Below are positions 38,506-47,396 of a stretch of DNA of 64,000 nucleotides, one piece after another (the stretch's first letter is position 1; each line of letters begins with the position of its first letter). The stretch is from Candidatus Zhuqueibacterota bacterium (GTDB lineage Bacteria; Zhuqueibacterota; Zhuqueibacteria; Residuimicrobiales; Krinioviventaceae): positions 6,391 to 70,390 of the forward strand of contig JAFGJB010000198.1 in the NCBI GenBank assembly GCA_016929295.1. Reading direction: 5' to 3'. The notes under the pieces are model-generated. The model ran no database searches. It saw nothing but the letters and a program-made list of their open reading frames with translations, and was not told the DNA's origin. Made by a program: the position numbers and the translations under genes.

Positions 38506-38692
38506 TGCGCGAGGCATTCATCGTCAATTTTGCCGATGAAATAGACTCAAAGCTTGGCGCCTTTGAACGAATCTATCGGGGAGAAAAAGCAATGGGAAAG
38601 AAATGGGGCAATTATGTCAAATTAATGGATCGATTTCTCTGTTTTGGCCAGGATGATCCGCAATGACGACACATGAGTGTACAAACTAGTAC

Positions 38693-38721
38693 TTGACAAT
38701 TAGCATTACTTTTGCTAAATT
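38693..38721 (+). promoter_or_regulatory. Sigma-70 promoter (extended -10) for tRNA-Asn
   Basis: TTGACA (38693-38698), a 17-nt spacer ending in TGC, then TAAATT (38716-38721). It lies 15 nt upstream of the tRNA 5' end. Confidence 0.65.
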
Positions 38722-38735
38722 TTATGACGTGTAAT

Positions 38736-38808
38736 TCCGGTGTAGCTCAATCGGCAGAGCGGGTGGCTGTTAACCACTAGGTTGTAGGTTCGAGTCCTAC
38801 CACCGGAG
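38736..38808 (+). tRNA. tRNA-Asn (anticodon GTT)
   Basis: Hand-folded. Acceptor TCCGGTG/CACCGGA plus G. D-arm GCTC/GAGC. Anticodon loop CTGTTAA. T-arm GTAGG-TTCGAGT-CCTAC. Confidence 0.9.
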
Positions 38809-38810
38809 CA

Positions 38811-38844
38811 AAAAGCCCGGTCAACGATCCCGGGCTTTTTTTTT
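38811..38844. terminator. Bidirectional rho-independent terminator (tRNA-Asn and the convergent cargo gene)
   Basis: Stem AGCCCGG/CCGGGCT with an 8-nt loop, an A-run on the 5' side and a T9 run on the 3' side. Confidence 0.8.
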
Positions 38845-38878
38845 GCACGCGCGGTATCAATCTGTGAGTCGGTGTTCT

Positions 38879-40681
38879 TTACCGCACAAGTATCAAACGC
38901 TTGCATTGATTAAAATTGCCCGCGATCAGACGATAGTAATAGACGCCGCTCGGCCATCCCTGGGCGTTGAGCGGCAGGGTGTAACTTCCCGCCGGCAGGA
39001 TTTCATTTCGCAGCAATCCCGCCCGTCGACCAAGCGCATCAAATATTTCGACAGTTGCTTTTTCTTCCGCCACCAGATCAAATTGAATGACTGTGCTGTC
39101 GTTGAACGGATTGGGATGTGCATCATAAAGTCGATGCGACCCGAGGCGAGAGGAGACAGTCGAATTGATAAAAGTCGCCGGCTCTGCTATGAACCATGTT
39201 TTTGATGCCGCATAGTCGGGATTTTCCTGCCAGCGAACAGCGGATTTCCCCTTGACATAGACAGTATAAGATTGGCCACGCTGTAAATTTTCCAGCTTGA
39301 TGGAAGGCTGGATGGCGATCGAGCGCTCCTCACTCCATTCCCCATTCAGGTCATTGATAACAAATTGATAGGAGACTATTCCCGGCCCGCTTATCGTCAA
39401 TGTTGCGTTCGTCTGCTGGGTTGTGTCGGCCGGTTCACCTGAAATCGATGCACCTGCCGGCACGTAGGCGCCGATATCCAAACCGTTCGGCCCGGCGCCA
39501 ATCGCCGGCGACATCGACCGGAGATGAAAATCGCCATTTTCATCCATGAACTGCGGATCTTGATCGATGTTATGCACCCCAAGCTCGTGATGGGTGGCGT
39601 CGATGATGCCATGGCTGAATGTAATGACCGGATCGGGTTTGCCGGGCTGCGAGAATTGATTCCCAAAGGCCTGTTTATAATTCCAAAAAATGTTGCCAAT
39701 AAAAGAGCCACTCTTGCCAGGATCGACATCTCGATCAGGCCATTCGCTAAAGTTGATGACGCCGGAATCGGATTTGACAAAAGTATTGTTCTCAGCTTGC
39801 ATGCTGCAGTCTTCTTTCAAAAGAACGGCGTGATCATTATCGTAAAAAATATTGCGCACGACCATAATGTCCGAGGTCTTGCCGTTTCGCAGTCCGGTGG
39901 CAATGGCGTTGGATGTGCTTGATCCCTCAAGCCTCTTGTGAAAATTCATGAATATGTTGCCTTCTATATGGGCATCGGTGCCATCAAGGTCAAGACCGTC
40001 GTCACTGCCGCCGAGGAAGATATTATTATAGACCTCCAAAATGGGGCCGGGACGCTTGCAGTCGGTGAAATCGATCACATCGTTGTAGCCGAGAGGGGAG
40101 CCGAAAGTGTTACCAATGAGAATCAGATATTCTTCATCCTGCAGATACTCGCCGTGAACGATCTCAACCTCATCGACGGCGGGGAAAACGCAGTGCTGGA
40201 TGATCGCTGATGGATGGTACAGCTCAATGATCGTCCGATTGGTGCTGTTCCATGCGAGATGATCGAGCACGACTCTGGAACGATGAACGTCGATGATTTG
40301 TCCCTCCTCATCTCCATAATATATATCCGCATAACTGAGGATATTCTCCTCCATGGTGTCATCGAATTCGATGCCACACCAGTGATCCGAGCTGTCCGGT
40401 CGACGAGTCAACAGGATTCGATTTTCTTTTTCACCCCTGGCGACAATGCGGCCGCCGGATTGAATCTGAATGCCGGCGCCGTCATGAAAATAAAGCGCAC
40501 AACCAGGCTCTATTTCCAAAGTGACGCCCTCGGGGACGATGATATCAGCCGTGATCATCCATGGCGACAGCTCAGCCGTCAGGGTTGTATCCGCATGCAA
40601 GATGCCGGCGAGCTCCTGACAGCCGCCAATGGCGGCTTGTGATAAGAAAAAGAGAACTCCAACTATACGTGGCAAGCGCAT
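38879..40681 (-). CDS. T9SS-secreted protein with a right-handed beta-helix domain and a C-terminal sorting domain
   Basis: Signal peptide and repeated beta-helix-like segments (NIF.GG.DDGLDLDG, NIFYDNDHAV). The C-terminus HPNPFNDSTVIQFDL...VEIFDALGRR...SGVYYYRLIAGN...KRLILVR fits the type A T9SS CTD. Confidence 0.75.
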   Translation of the reverse strand: MRLPRIVGVLFFLSQAAIGGCQELAGILHADTTLTAELSPWMITADIIVPEGVTLEIEPGCALYFHDGAGIQIQSGGRIVARGEKENRILLTRRPDSSDHWCGIEFDDTMEENILSYADIYYGDEEGQIIDVHRSRVVLDHLAWNSTNRTIIELYHPSAIIQHCVFPAVDEVEIVHGEYLQDEEYLILIGNTFGSPLGYNDVIDFTDCKRPGPILEVYNNIFLGGSDDGLDLDGTDAHIEGNIFMNFHKRLEGSSTSNAIATGLRNGKTSDIMVVRNIFYDNDHAVLLKEDCSMQAENNTFVKSDSGVINFSEWPDRDVDPGKSGSFIGNIFWNYKQAFGNQFSQPGKPDPVITFSHGIIDATHHELGVHNIDQDPQFMDENGDFHLRSMSPAIGAGPNGLDIGAYVPAGASISGEPADTTQQTNATLTISGPGIVSYQFVINDLNGEWSEERSIAIQPSIKLENLQRGQSYTVYVKGKSAVRWQENPDYAASKTWFIAEPATFINSTVSSRLGSHRLYDAHPNPFNDSTVIQFDLVAEEKATVEIFDALGRRAGLLRNEILPAGSYTLPLNAQGWPSGVYYYRLIAGNFNQCKRLILVR

Positions 40682-40768
40682 TCGAACTCCAAGAGATATG
40701 TTTTCTGTCCGGTCAGCAAATGGACGAGCTGACCATCACGGCAGCGTTTCTGCCGGATCTTCATTTCT

Positions 40769-41953
40769 TCATTGTATGATGAACAATTTGTGGTGCACCT
40801 CTTCCACCGCCACCTTGATACGGGCTTGCGGGCAAAGGACCTTTAGGAATAATTCTCCGGCGATGACGGCTCTGTAATCAATATTCAGGCTGTGAAGAAC
40901 ATCGAAGAATTGTTCGGCGATGACGGTGCCCACGCCGATGCCGTCACCGACGATCGCCAGCAGCGCCCACTCTGTTTCCAGATGCACATCCGTTGTCATT
41001 TCTCCTATCAGGCGCAGGGCATAATTTCCGTCTCCGCGAGAAATCCCTGCCAGTCCGAGACCTTGTACGCACTGCCAAAACTTGAGATGAATTTTATTCT
41101 GTGAAAAACGATGCGGAATCCTGAGAGCGTCGTTCTCGTTCAGTGCGAAGCGAATGATTGCAACGTCTTCATCCGCCGAGACGCCTGTGATGGCACCCTT
41201 GCCAATTGGAGCGCTGAAAACGGTTGTGCCGATGTGGCCGGACGATGATGAGCCAAGAGATAAATTGATTTTGTGGCGTTTGGCGAATTCGATAGATGTT
41301 TTGTGCAGCATTTTGGCGCCGCCGGCCGCCATTTCAAGTGCTTCATCGTAATGAATGTGGTCAATGCGCTTCGCAAGCGGAACTTTTTGGGGATCGGCTG
41401 TATAAATGCCATCAATGTCCGACATGATTTCGCAATAATCTGCCTTTAATGTCGCTGCCAGAGCCGCCGCCGTCGTGTCCGATCCTCCCCGGCCGAGCGT
41501 CGTAATATCATTGTCCTGCGAAATGCCCTGAAAGCCGGCAATGACGACAATTTTATTTTTTTTCAACTCTTCCTTGATGCGCTCTCCGTCAATGTGCAAA
41601 ATACGGGCGTTGCCGTGAGCGCTGTCCGTGAATATGCCGACTTGCGCTCCGGTAAAACTGATTGCCTCGTATCGGCCGATGTCATTTATAGCCAATGCCA
41701 GGGCTGCGATGGATATCTGCTCGCCGCTTGACAGCAGAACATCCATTTCTCGACGATCTGGGTTGGGATTGAGTTCGTGCCCCAATTTGACGAGATTATC
41801 CGTCGTTTTTCCCATGGCAGAGACAACGACTACAAGATCGCAATCCCGATCTTTGCGGGCGACGACATGTCGGGCGACGCGGCGAATGTGATCGGCCGTC
41901 GCCAGAGAACTGCCGCCATACTTTTGCACTATGAGGGGGCGAGATGTTTTCAT
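40769..41953 (-). CDS. lysC: Aspartate kinase (monofunctional class)
   Basis: VQKYGGSSL, VVVVSAMGKTTD and GRGGSDTTAAALA, plus C-terminal ACT-type regions. Confidence 0.9.
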   Translation of the reverse strand: MKTSRPLIVQKYGGSSLATADHIRRVARHVVARKDRDCDLVVVVSAMGKTTDNLVKLGHELNPNPDRREMDVLLSSGEQISIAALALAINDIGRYEAISFTGAQVGIFTDSAHGNARILHIDGERIKEELKKNKIVVIAGFQGISQDNDITTLGRGGSDTTAAALAATLKADYCEIMSDIDGIYTADPQKVPLAKRIDHIHYDEALEMAAGGAKMLHKTSIEFAKRHKINLSLGSSSSGHIGTTVFSAPIGKGAITGVSADEDVAIIRFALNENDALRIPHRFSQNKIHLKFWQCVQGLGLAGISRGDGNYALRLIGEMTTDVHLETEWALLAIVGDGIGVGTVIAEQFFDVLHSLNIDYRAVIAGELFLKVLCPQARIKVAVEEVHHKLFIIQ

Positions 41954-41986
41954 GATGATTCCTGCAAAATATGCGGTCAAGATCAA

Positions 41987-42922
41987 TTAACCCGGCGGCG
42001 GCAAGTAGATGAAGGTCCAATTCAATTCCAGACGAGCATCAGGAAAATGATCCGGCAATGGCTTGAAGGGATCGGATGCCCTGACGGCGTTCAAGCATGG
42101 CTCGATGAGAGACTCGTGGCCTTTGTTGGCCAACACTTTGACTTCTTGAAGCGTGCCATCTCGACGCAAAACAATTTGAATCAAAACTTCTCCGCTGAGC
42201 GCACCCATTCGATAATACGCTGCCGGTGGGTACCAATGTTCGCGAAGTCGGCGCTTCATATATAAAATATATGGCGCATATTCCCATTCGTACGTACTGA
42301 GCGAGATGCCGCCAAGCACATCGGCACTGGATCTCTGGTTATCCCAGTTGGCATCATCGGAAAACGGCAAAGTCGGATTGACGGCGCCTCTCAACACATC
42401 CTTGCTGAATTTTTGCTGGCGCGCTGCCTGTGCCTGGTTCAAGATCGGCACATCACCCGCCCGATAGGGACTCAGTTCACCGTCCTGCATTTCAGCATCA
42501 TCACCATGGTCCGCTTCTCCCGACTGTTCTTCGTGTCGCTGTTCCTGGGCCGCCGGATCGCCATCAAGCCCGCCGCCGGCGAAGGTTTTATAGTCCGAAA
42601 TACCTTCGCTGAACGACAACCCATCCGGCAGATTCATGCCGTCAAACATATCCTGTGCGCGTGCATTTTTGTCGGAGAGAAATTGTGCATCATCCGGCGA
42701 AGCGTCCAGACGAGCGTCTTCAGGCGTCTCGACCAGCTCTTGCGGCTGCTGATAGGGATCGACCAGCTCGAATGTCAAAGGTTCTTCACTCAGCGGCTCA
42801 GCTTTCGCCATATCGATTAATCCGGAAATGTCGACGAGCGGTCTATACAAGACGAAGAGAAGAATATGGATGGCAATCGAAGCGGCTAATGCAATCCTGT
42901 AACGACGATTTTTGAGCAACAA
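41987..42922 (-). CDS. TonB-family protein
   Basis: N-terminal anchor IALAASIAIHILLFVLY, an acidic/Pro linker, and a C-terminal GEVLIQIVLRRDGTLQEVKVLANKGHESLIEPCLNAVRASDPFKPLP. Confidence 0.7.
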   Translation of the reverse strand: MLLKNRRYRIALAASIAIHILLFVLYRPLVDISGLIDMAKAEPLSEEPLTFELVDPYQQPQELVETPEDARLDASPDDAQFLSDKNARAQDMFDGMNLPDGLSFSEGISDYKTFAGGGLDGDPAAQEQRHEEQSGEADHGDDAEMQDGELSPYRAGDVPILNQAQAARQQKFSKDVLRGAVNPTLPFSDDANWDNQRSSADVLGGISLSTYEWEYAPYILYMKRRLREHWYPPAAYYRMGALSGEVLIQIVLRRDGTLQEVKVLANKGHESLIEPCLNAVRASDPFKPLPDHFPDARLELNWTFIYLPPPG

Positions 42923-43110
42923 TGGCCTTTCAAGTTATGCTAAACCAGACTAGATGATGAAAGCAGCAAAATCCTTTGCGATTTCAATGTCGCCGGAGAA
43001 TTGCGTTGCGCAGGCGCTCTTTACATTTATGCTGTCCGTTTGCAGTAAATAGCAGGAGCAGGAACGCTCATTTGTCACCGCACATGTCCCGGAACCGAGA
43101 ATCGTTAATT

Positions 43111-43434
43111 TCATCGCTCCTCTGTCTCTGCATTGATCCAGCTCAGATATTCATCCGAGCCACCGATCACGGGCAGTGCGATGATTTCCGGCACATCATA
43201 TGAATGATGCATCTGAACAAAATTTGTCAGCTCTTTGAGCCGATCTGTTTTTGTTTTGATGATCATCATCACTTCTGCCGCTTGATCAATACGTCCCTGC
43301 CAATGATAAAATGAGTTAATCCCGCTGACAATATTCACACAAGCCGCCAGGTGCTCCTGCAATATTTGTTGCGTCAATATCTCGGCCTCGTTTGCAGAGG
43401 GGCACGTGACATAGACTATAACATAACGTTCCAT
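43111..43434 (-). CDS. cutA: Divalent-cation tolerance protein CutA
   Basis: MERYVIVYVTCPS...LAACVNI...S.Y.WQG.I......MIIKT...HSYDVPEII is the typical CutA1 pattern. Confidence 0.85.
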   Translation of the reverse strand: MERYVIVYVTCPSANEAEILTQQILQEHLAACVNIVSGINSFYHWQGRIDQAAEVMMIIKTKTDRLKELTNFVQMHHSYDVPEIIALPVIGGSDEYLSWINAETEER

Positions 43435-43595
43435 TTCGCACCCAAAAAAAACCGGAAAAAAATAGCCCTTCGCACGGTGAAAAGCAAGCAATTTATGGAA
43501 ATTGCGTATGTGCGGGAACAGTCACAAGATTGAGACGTAAGAGGACTAGCAACTCTTTACGCCAATCCTCTGCAGAATTTTGGAAAAAGATATGC

Positions 43596-44603
43596 ATGTC
43601 ACTATGCTCTAAAACGACCTTGAAAGCGGCGGTCTGCTCTTTGCTGTTGCACGGGATCCTCCTCTGCCTGTCCGCCGTTATCAAATGGCGCAGCGAGACG
43701 ATGGCAGATGTCGAGGTGATCCTGGAGCAGAAACCTCCGCCTGCAGCCGAGGCGATCCTGAAAGAGGAGCAGCCACTGGTCGATCGCAAGTTGGACGCCC
43801 CTGATCTCGCTCAATTCACGCCGGTGGCCGATGTCGTGAAGAGCTCTGTGGATACGGCCGCCGTCGATACGACAGGAAAATTTGATCGTACGGCCTATTT
43901 CATTCAGGCCGCCCGCATGATGTTCCAGCCGCGCGCAAAAATCTGCATCGATTCCGTCGATACGTTCTCTGGCACCCGGCCAGGGATGTTGCCATTTGAG
44001 ATGCCCAAAGAGTCGATGTCTTTCAACGTATCGCCTGGTCCATATCGTGATCGTATTGAACGCAATCAAGACTTGCAAAACCTGGGACGTCAGCAGCCAC
44101 TGTCATTGACACATGCCCTCAATGAGGGCGTCAATTATGTTGCGGATCTGCTCGACAAAAATAAGGATGCACAGACGATTCGACTTGATTTTGTACCGAG
44201 CAAAGCTCAGATTTATGTTTTGAAGACCTTGTGGGAAAAAAATCAAGCCACCGATATAGAAATTTATGCTGATCTGGACTCGACCATCCACATCACAGCT
44301 GTCGATCTGAATCGATTGATGGAAAAGCTCGAAGAAAAAGGGCTGGTGAAGCGAACACTGGTGTCTCCGCGAAACGAGTTCACGCTGCCGGTGGGCAAAA
44401 TTGAAATGAGCGCCAAGAACCGGCGAAATCGCGTTTATCAATATCAAGCTCGAATTGATGCCGGCGACGTCTTGCGCTATCTGCAAGCTGTTTTATACGA
44501 GACGGAAAATGGCTCCTCCCGACTCGTCGACGACACAACTCACACGCAATTCATCGCCGATTTGAAAGCAAAGATAGTGCAATTGATTGAGGAAGAGGAT
44601 TGA
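43596..44603 (+). CDS. Protein with an N-terminal hydrophobic anchor and a C-terminal BlaI/MecI-like winged-helix domain
   Basis: N-terminus TLKAAVCSLLLHGILLCLSAVI. The C-terminal part QIYVLKTLWEKNQATDIEIYADL...DLNRLMEKLEEKGLVKRTLVSPRNEF fits the BlaI wHTH pattern. The start is uncertain (43530 or 43596). Confidence 0.4.
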   Translation: MSLCSKTTLKAAVCSLLLHGILLCLSAVIKWRSETMADVEVILEQKPPPAAEAILKEEQPLVDRKLDAPDLAQFTPVADVVKSSVDTAAVDTTGKFDRTAYFIQAARMMFQPRAKICIDSVDTFSGTRPGMLPFEMPKESMSFNVSPGPYRDRIERNQDLQNLGRQQPLSLTHALNEGVNYVADLLDKNKDAQTIRLDFVPSKAQIYVLKTLWEKNQATDIEIYADLDSTIHITAVDLNRLMEKLEEKGLVKRTLVSPRNEFTLPVGKIEMSAKNRRNRVYQYQARIDAGDVLRYLQAVLYETENGSSRLVDDTTHTQFIADLKAKIVQLIEEED

Positions 44604-44609
44604 GGAGAT

Positions 44610-45683
44610 CTATTTCTTCGCCCGAATCAGCACAAAGACGCCAATGACGCCAAAGACGACGTTGGCAAACCAGGCCGCCAATAGCGGTTCAATTTTACCG
44701 TTATGACCCATTGCCTGCGTCGTCTTCAGGATGCCAAAATAGACAAAGGTCACTGCCAGACTGATTCCAAATCCTTTTGCCGCGCCACTCCGCCTTGTTT
44801 GCGCGGACGATAAGGGGGTACCAAAAAGCACAATGATAAAGTTGGCGAATGGCAGGGCAATTTTGAGGTAAAGATCCACGCGCCAGCGATCCGGATTTGC
44901 GCCATTCCTTTCAACTTCACGTATGAAATCTTTCAGTTCGCTGTAGGACATCTCTTCGGGGATTTTAAGCTGTTTGGCAATATTATCCGGCAGCAGCGTT
45001 GTACTGCGGAATTTTTTCTGATCAAAAGATCGCGCGATTTCCCCTGTTGAGGTGAAATATCTCTCGTATCCGGTCTGCAGCAACCACAGGCTGTCCTGCC
45101 AGGTGATTTTTTTTGCATCAATGCGACTTTTTAAAGAATCAGACTCGAAGGTTCGTATGCTGACCGTATTGCCGGTATTGTTGCCGACATTGAAATAACG
45201 CATCGTGATGCGACGATCCTGCTCATCTCGGATATAAATGTTATCCAGTCGTTGTTGCCGCGAACGATTCTTTTCATACTGTTCTCGCAGATCGGATTGA
45301 CGTTCGGTGGCGCGCGGTACGAGATAATTTGCAACACCCATGGCAATGAAACTGACCAAAATGGAAATCACAAATATTGGCAAAAAGATTCGGTATAAAG
45401 AGATGCCGGCCGCTTTCATGGCGACAATTTCATTTTGGCGCGCCAGATTCCCCACGCTGAAAAGCGCAGAGATCAACATGGCGACGGGCAGGACGAGCAC
45501 AAGGATGAACGGTATATAGTTTAAATAAAAATCTATCACCGCTTCTGTGGGATATTCGTTATTGATAAAAGTATCGAGATTTTCAATGAGATCAACGATG
45601 ACAAATATCGAGATGAATCCCACAATCGCAAACAGAAGGATTTGCATAAATTTACGCGTGATGTAGCGATGCAGAATGACCAT
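44610..45683 (-). CDS. lptG: LPS export ABC permease LptG (YjgP/YjgQ family)
   Basis: N-terminus ILHRYITRKF, six TMs and a central periplasmic beta-jellyroll region. It is the second gene of the pair. Confidence 0.8.
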   Translation of the reverse strand: MVILHRYITRKFMQILLFAIVGFISIFVIVDLIENLDTFINNEYPTEAVIDFYLNYIPFILVLVLPVAMLISALFSVGNLARQNEIVAMKAAGISLYRIFLPIFVISILVSFIAMGVANYLVPRATERQSDLREQYEKNRSRQQRLDNIYIRDEQDRRITMRYFNVGNNTGNTVSIRTFESDSLKSRIDAKKITWQDSLWLLQTGYERYFTSTGEIARSFDQKKFRSTTLLPDNIAKQLKIPEEMSYSELKDFIREVERNGANPDRWRVDLYLKIALPFANFIIVLFGTPLSSAQTRRSGAAKGFGISLAVTFVYFGILKTTQAMGHNGKIEPLLAAWFANVVFGVIGVFVLIRAKK

Positions 45684-45684
45684 A

Positions 45685-47079
45685 TTAGAGAGAGTTCTTT
45701 TTATAAAGCACTACTTTCATGAAACCGTTCAAGCGATCCCAATCAATGAATGTCGCTTCATGAATCGAATAAAATATAAGATAGATGCCACATGCACCGC
45801 AGATGATGTTTGCAGTCCACATGGCCCAAAACGGCGAAATGAATTGATTGTCCGCCAGTTCTTCTCCCCCGATCAAGCTCGCCCAATAGAGCAGAAAAAA
45901 TATAAAGGCTACGCCGCCGGCAACAGCCAGGCTGCCGCGTCTGGCCATGATGCCAAGCGGCGCTCCAATCAGCACAAAGACGATGCAGGCGAATGGGATG
46001 GAATATTTCTTGTGAACTTCAACCATTAATCGCCAGTTTTCTTTATCCAGCGAGGCAAGAGACGAGAGCTCGCTCTTTAACTGATTTTTCAGATGAATAT
46101 GATCGGAGCGAATCCTCTCTAATTGATAGTTGTTTTCACGGTTAGGCTCCGACAATGCAGCCGGCGTCTGCGCTGCGGCGGCGCCGCGCTGGTGCTGCGG
46201 CAGATATTTCGTAAAATAGTTTTGAACGAGTCCGGCGGCGCGATGATATCGTTCTTCAATATCGGTTTTATTTGCTTTCACTTCTGCCAACATCATCTGC
46301 GAACTCTTTTCGCGATCTCCGCGGTAACCTTCCTCCGTACGCGTTAGCACCATATCGGGCACGGAAATCGATACGGTCTGTCGGGGAAAATCGATCGTGC
46401 TATATTGCTCCATTTTATCGAGATTCAGTTCGTGCATGTAACCGTCGTACAGGATGAGATAGAGCATGCCGCTTGTTTGATCGAGAAAAATTTTTCCGCG
46501 TCTGGCGCGAATGAAAGTGCTCGTGCTGGGATCACTGTTATCTTCAATGCTGATATTGGTGACGTAGGAGGTATCTGTTTTGCCCTCAATACTCTGCACG
46601 AGGATGTTATAGTCATCAATCTCGTTATACACGACTCCCGGCTCGATGTTCAATGTCGGCCGCTTGCGAAAGATATCGGAGGCAAGGAGTTTTGTGCGAT
46701 AATTTGCATCTGGCAAAACATGATTGTTGAACCAGATCAAAAAGACAGCCATGGCAACGGCGGCAACAAAGACGGGCAGCATAATATCGAGGATGCTCAC
46801 ACCTCCTGCCTTCATCGCGGTGATTTCACCGTCGCCGGACAGACGGCCAAAGGCCATCAGCGCGGCAATGAGCACGGCCATTGGAATAGCCAGGGCAATG
46901 ATCCAGGCCATGTTGAGTAAGAAGAACTCTGAAATAATGCTGATGCCGAGTCCGCGGCTGAGAATCCGGCCGAGCTCTCGAAAGATGATGTTCAGGAGAA
47001 AAACAAGCGTGATGATCGCCAGTCCGAAAAAAAACGGGCCAATGTGCTCTTTTAAAATATATCGCCAGAGGATGAACAT
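45685..47079 (-). CDS. lptF: LPS export ABC permease LptF (YjgP/YjgQ family)
   Basis: MFILWRYILKEHIGPFFFG with the same architecture. It is the first gene of the pair. Start chosen at 47079. Confidence 0.75.
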   Translation of the reverse strand: MFILWRYILKEHIGPFFFGLAIITLVFLLNIIFRELGRILSRGLGISIISEFFLLNMAWIIALAIPMAVLIAALMAFGRLSGDGEITAMKAGGVSILDIMLPVFVAAVAMAVFLIWFNNHVLPDANYRTKLLASDIFRKRPTLNIEPGVVYNEIDDYNILVQSIEGKTDTSYVTNISIEDNSDPSTSTFIRARRGKIFLDQTSGMLYLILYDGYMHELNLDKMEQYSTIDFPRQTVSISVPDMVLTRTEEGYRGDREKSSQMMLAEVKANKTDIEERYHRAAGLVQNYFTKYLPQHQRGAAAAQTPAALSEPNRENNYQLERIRSDHIHLKNQLKSELSSLASLDKENWRLMVEVHKKYSIPFACIVFVLIGAPLGIMARRGSLAVAGGVAFIFFLLYWASLIGGEELADNQFISPFWAMWTANIICGACGIYLIFYSIHEATFIDWDRLNGFMKVVLYKKNSL

Positions 47080-47198
47080 ATAAATAGTTTTCCGATTTGA
47101 AAGAAATATGGAACTTTTAAATTTAGTAAAGCGATAAAATATAAAAATTTGTGCGTGCACTTACAATTGCTTTTTTCATAGATTATTTGACTTTTCTG

Positions 47199-47226
47199 TT
47201 GAATTTTTTCAGCCTTTTGCTAAATT
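47199..47226 (+). promoter_or_regulatory. Candidate sigma-70 promoter (extended -10) upstream of sprA
   Basis: TTGAAT (47199-47204), a 16-nt spacer ending in TGC, then TAAATT (47221-47226). It shares the 12-mer TTTTGCTAAATT with the tRNA-Asn promoter. Confidence 0.4.
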
Positions 47227-47396
47227 CGGAGCTTTCGCTCAACGACAAAAAACATGATTGTATGAGAGTGCATCTCACCTCTGTTCTAGCCAAAATTGGG
47301 AGAAGCCTATAGAGACTTTACTGCTACGAATTCATGCACTGCATGTGCCATTTGTTCTATGTGATGAGAGAAAAGAAGACCAAAATTCAAGTCTTG

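Noticed and set aside
38736-38879. tRNA-Asn as an integration hotspot for a genomic island
   Set aside because: I noticed no integrase, no direct repeat of the tRNA 3' end and no compositional break. The neighbouring genes are ordinary envelope and T9SS genes.
41954-41986. A possible lysine riboswitch or leader upstream of lysC
   Set aside because: Only 33 nt separate the lysC ATG from the stop of the upstream TonB-like gene, which is too short for an L-box.
47334-47396. Upstream in-frame ATGs (47334, 47364) as the sprA start
   Set aside because: The extension MHCMCHLFYVMREKKTKIQVL adds no signal-peptide features. MARFSRKF... at 47397 gives a normal n-h-c signal ending IYA|Q. This is not decisive, so the alternatives are kept in the feature note.
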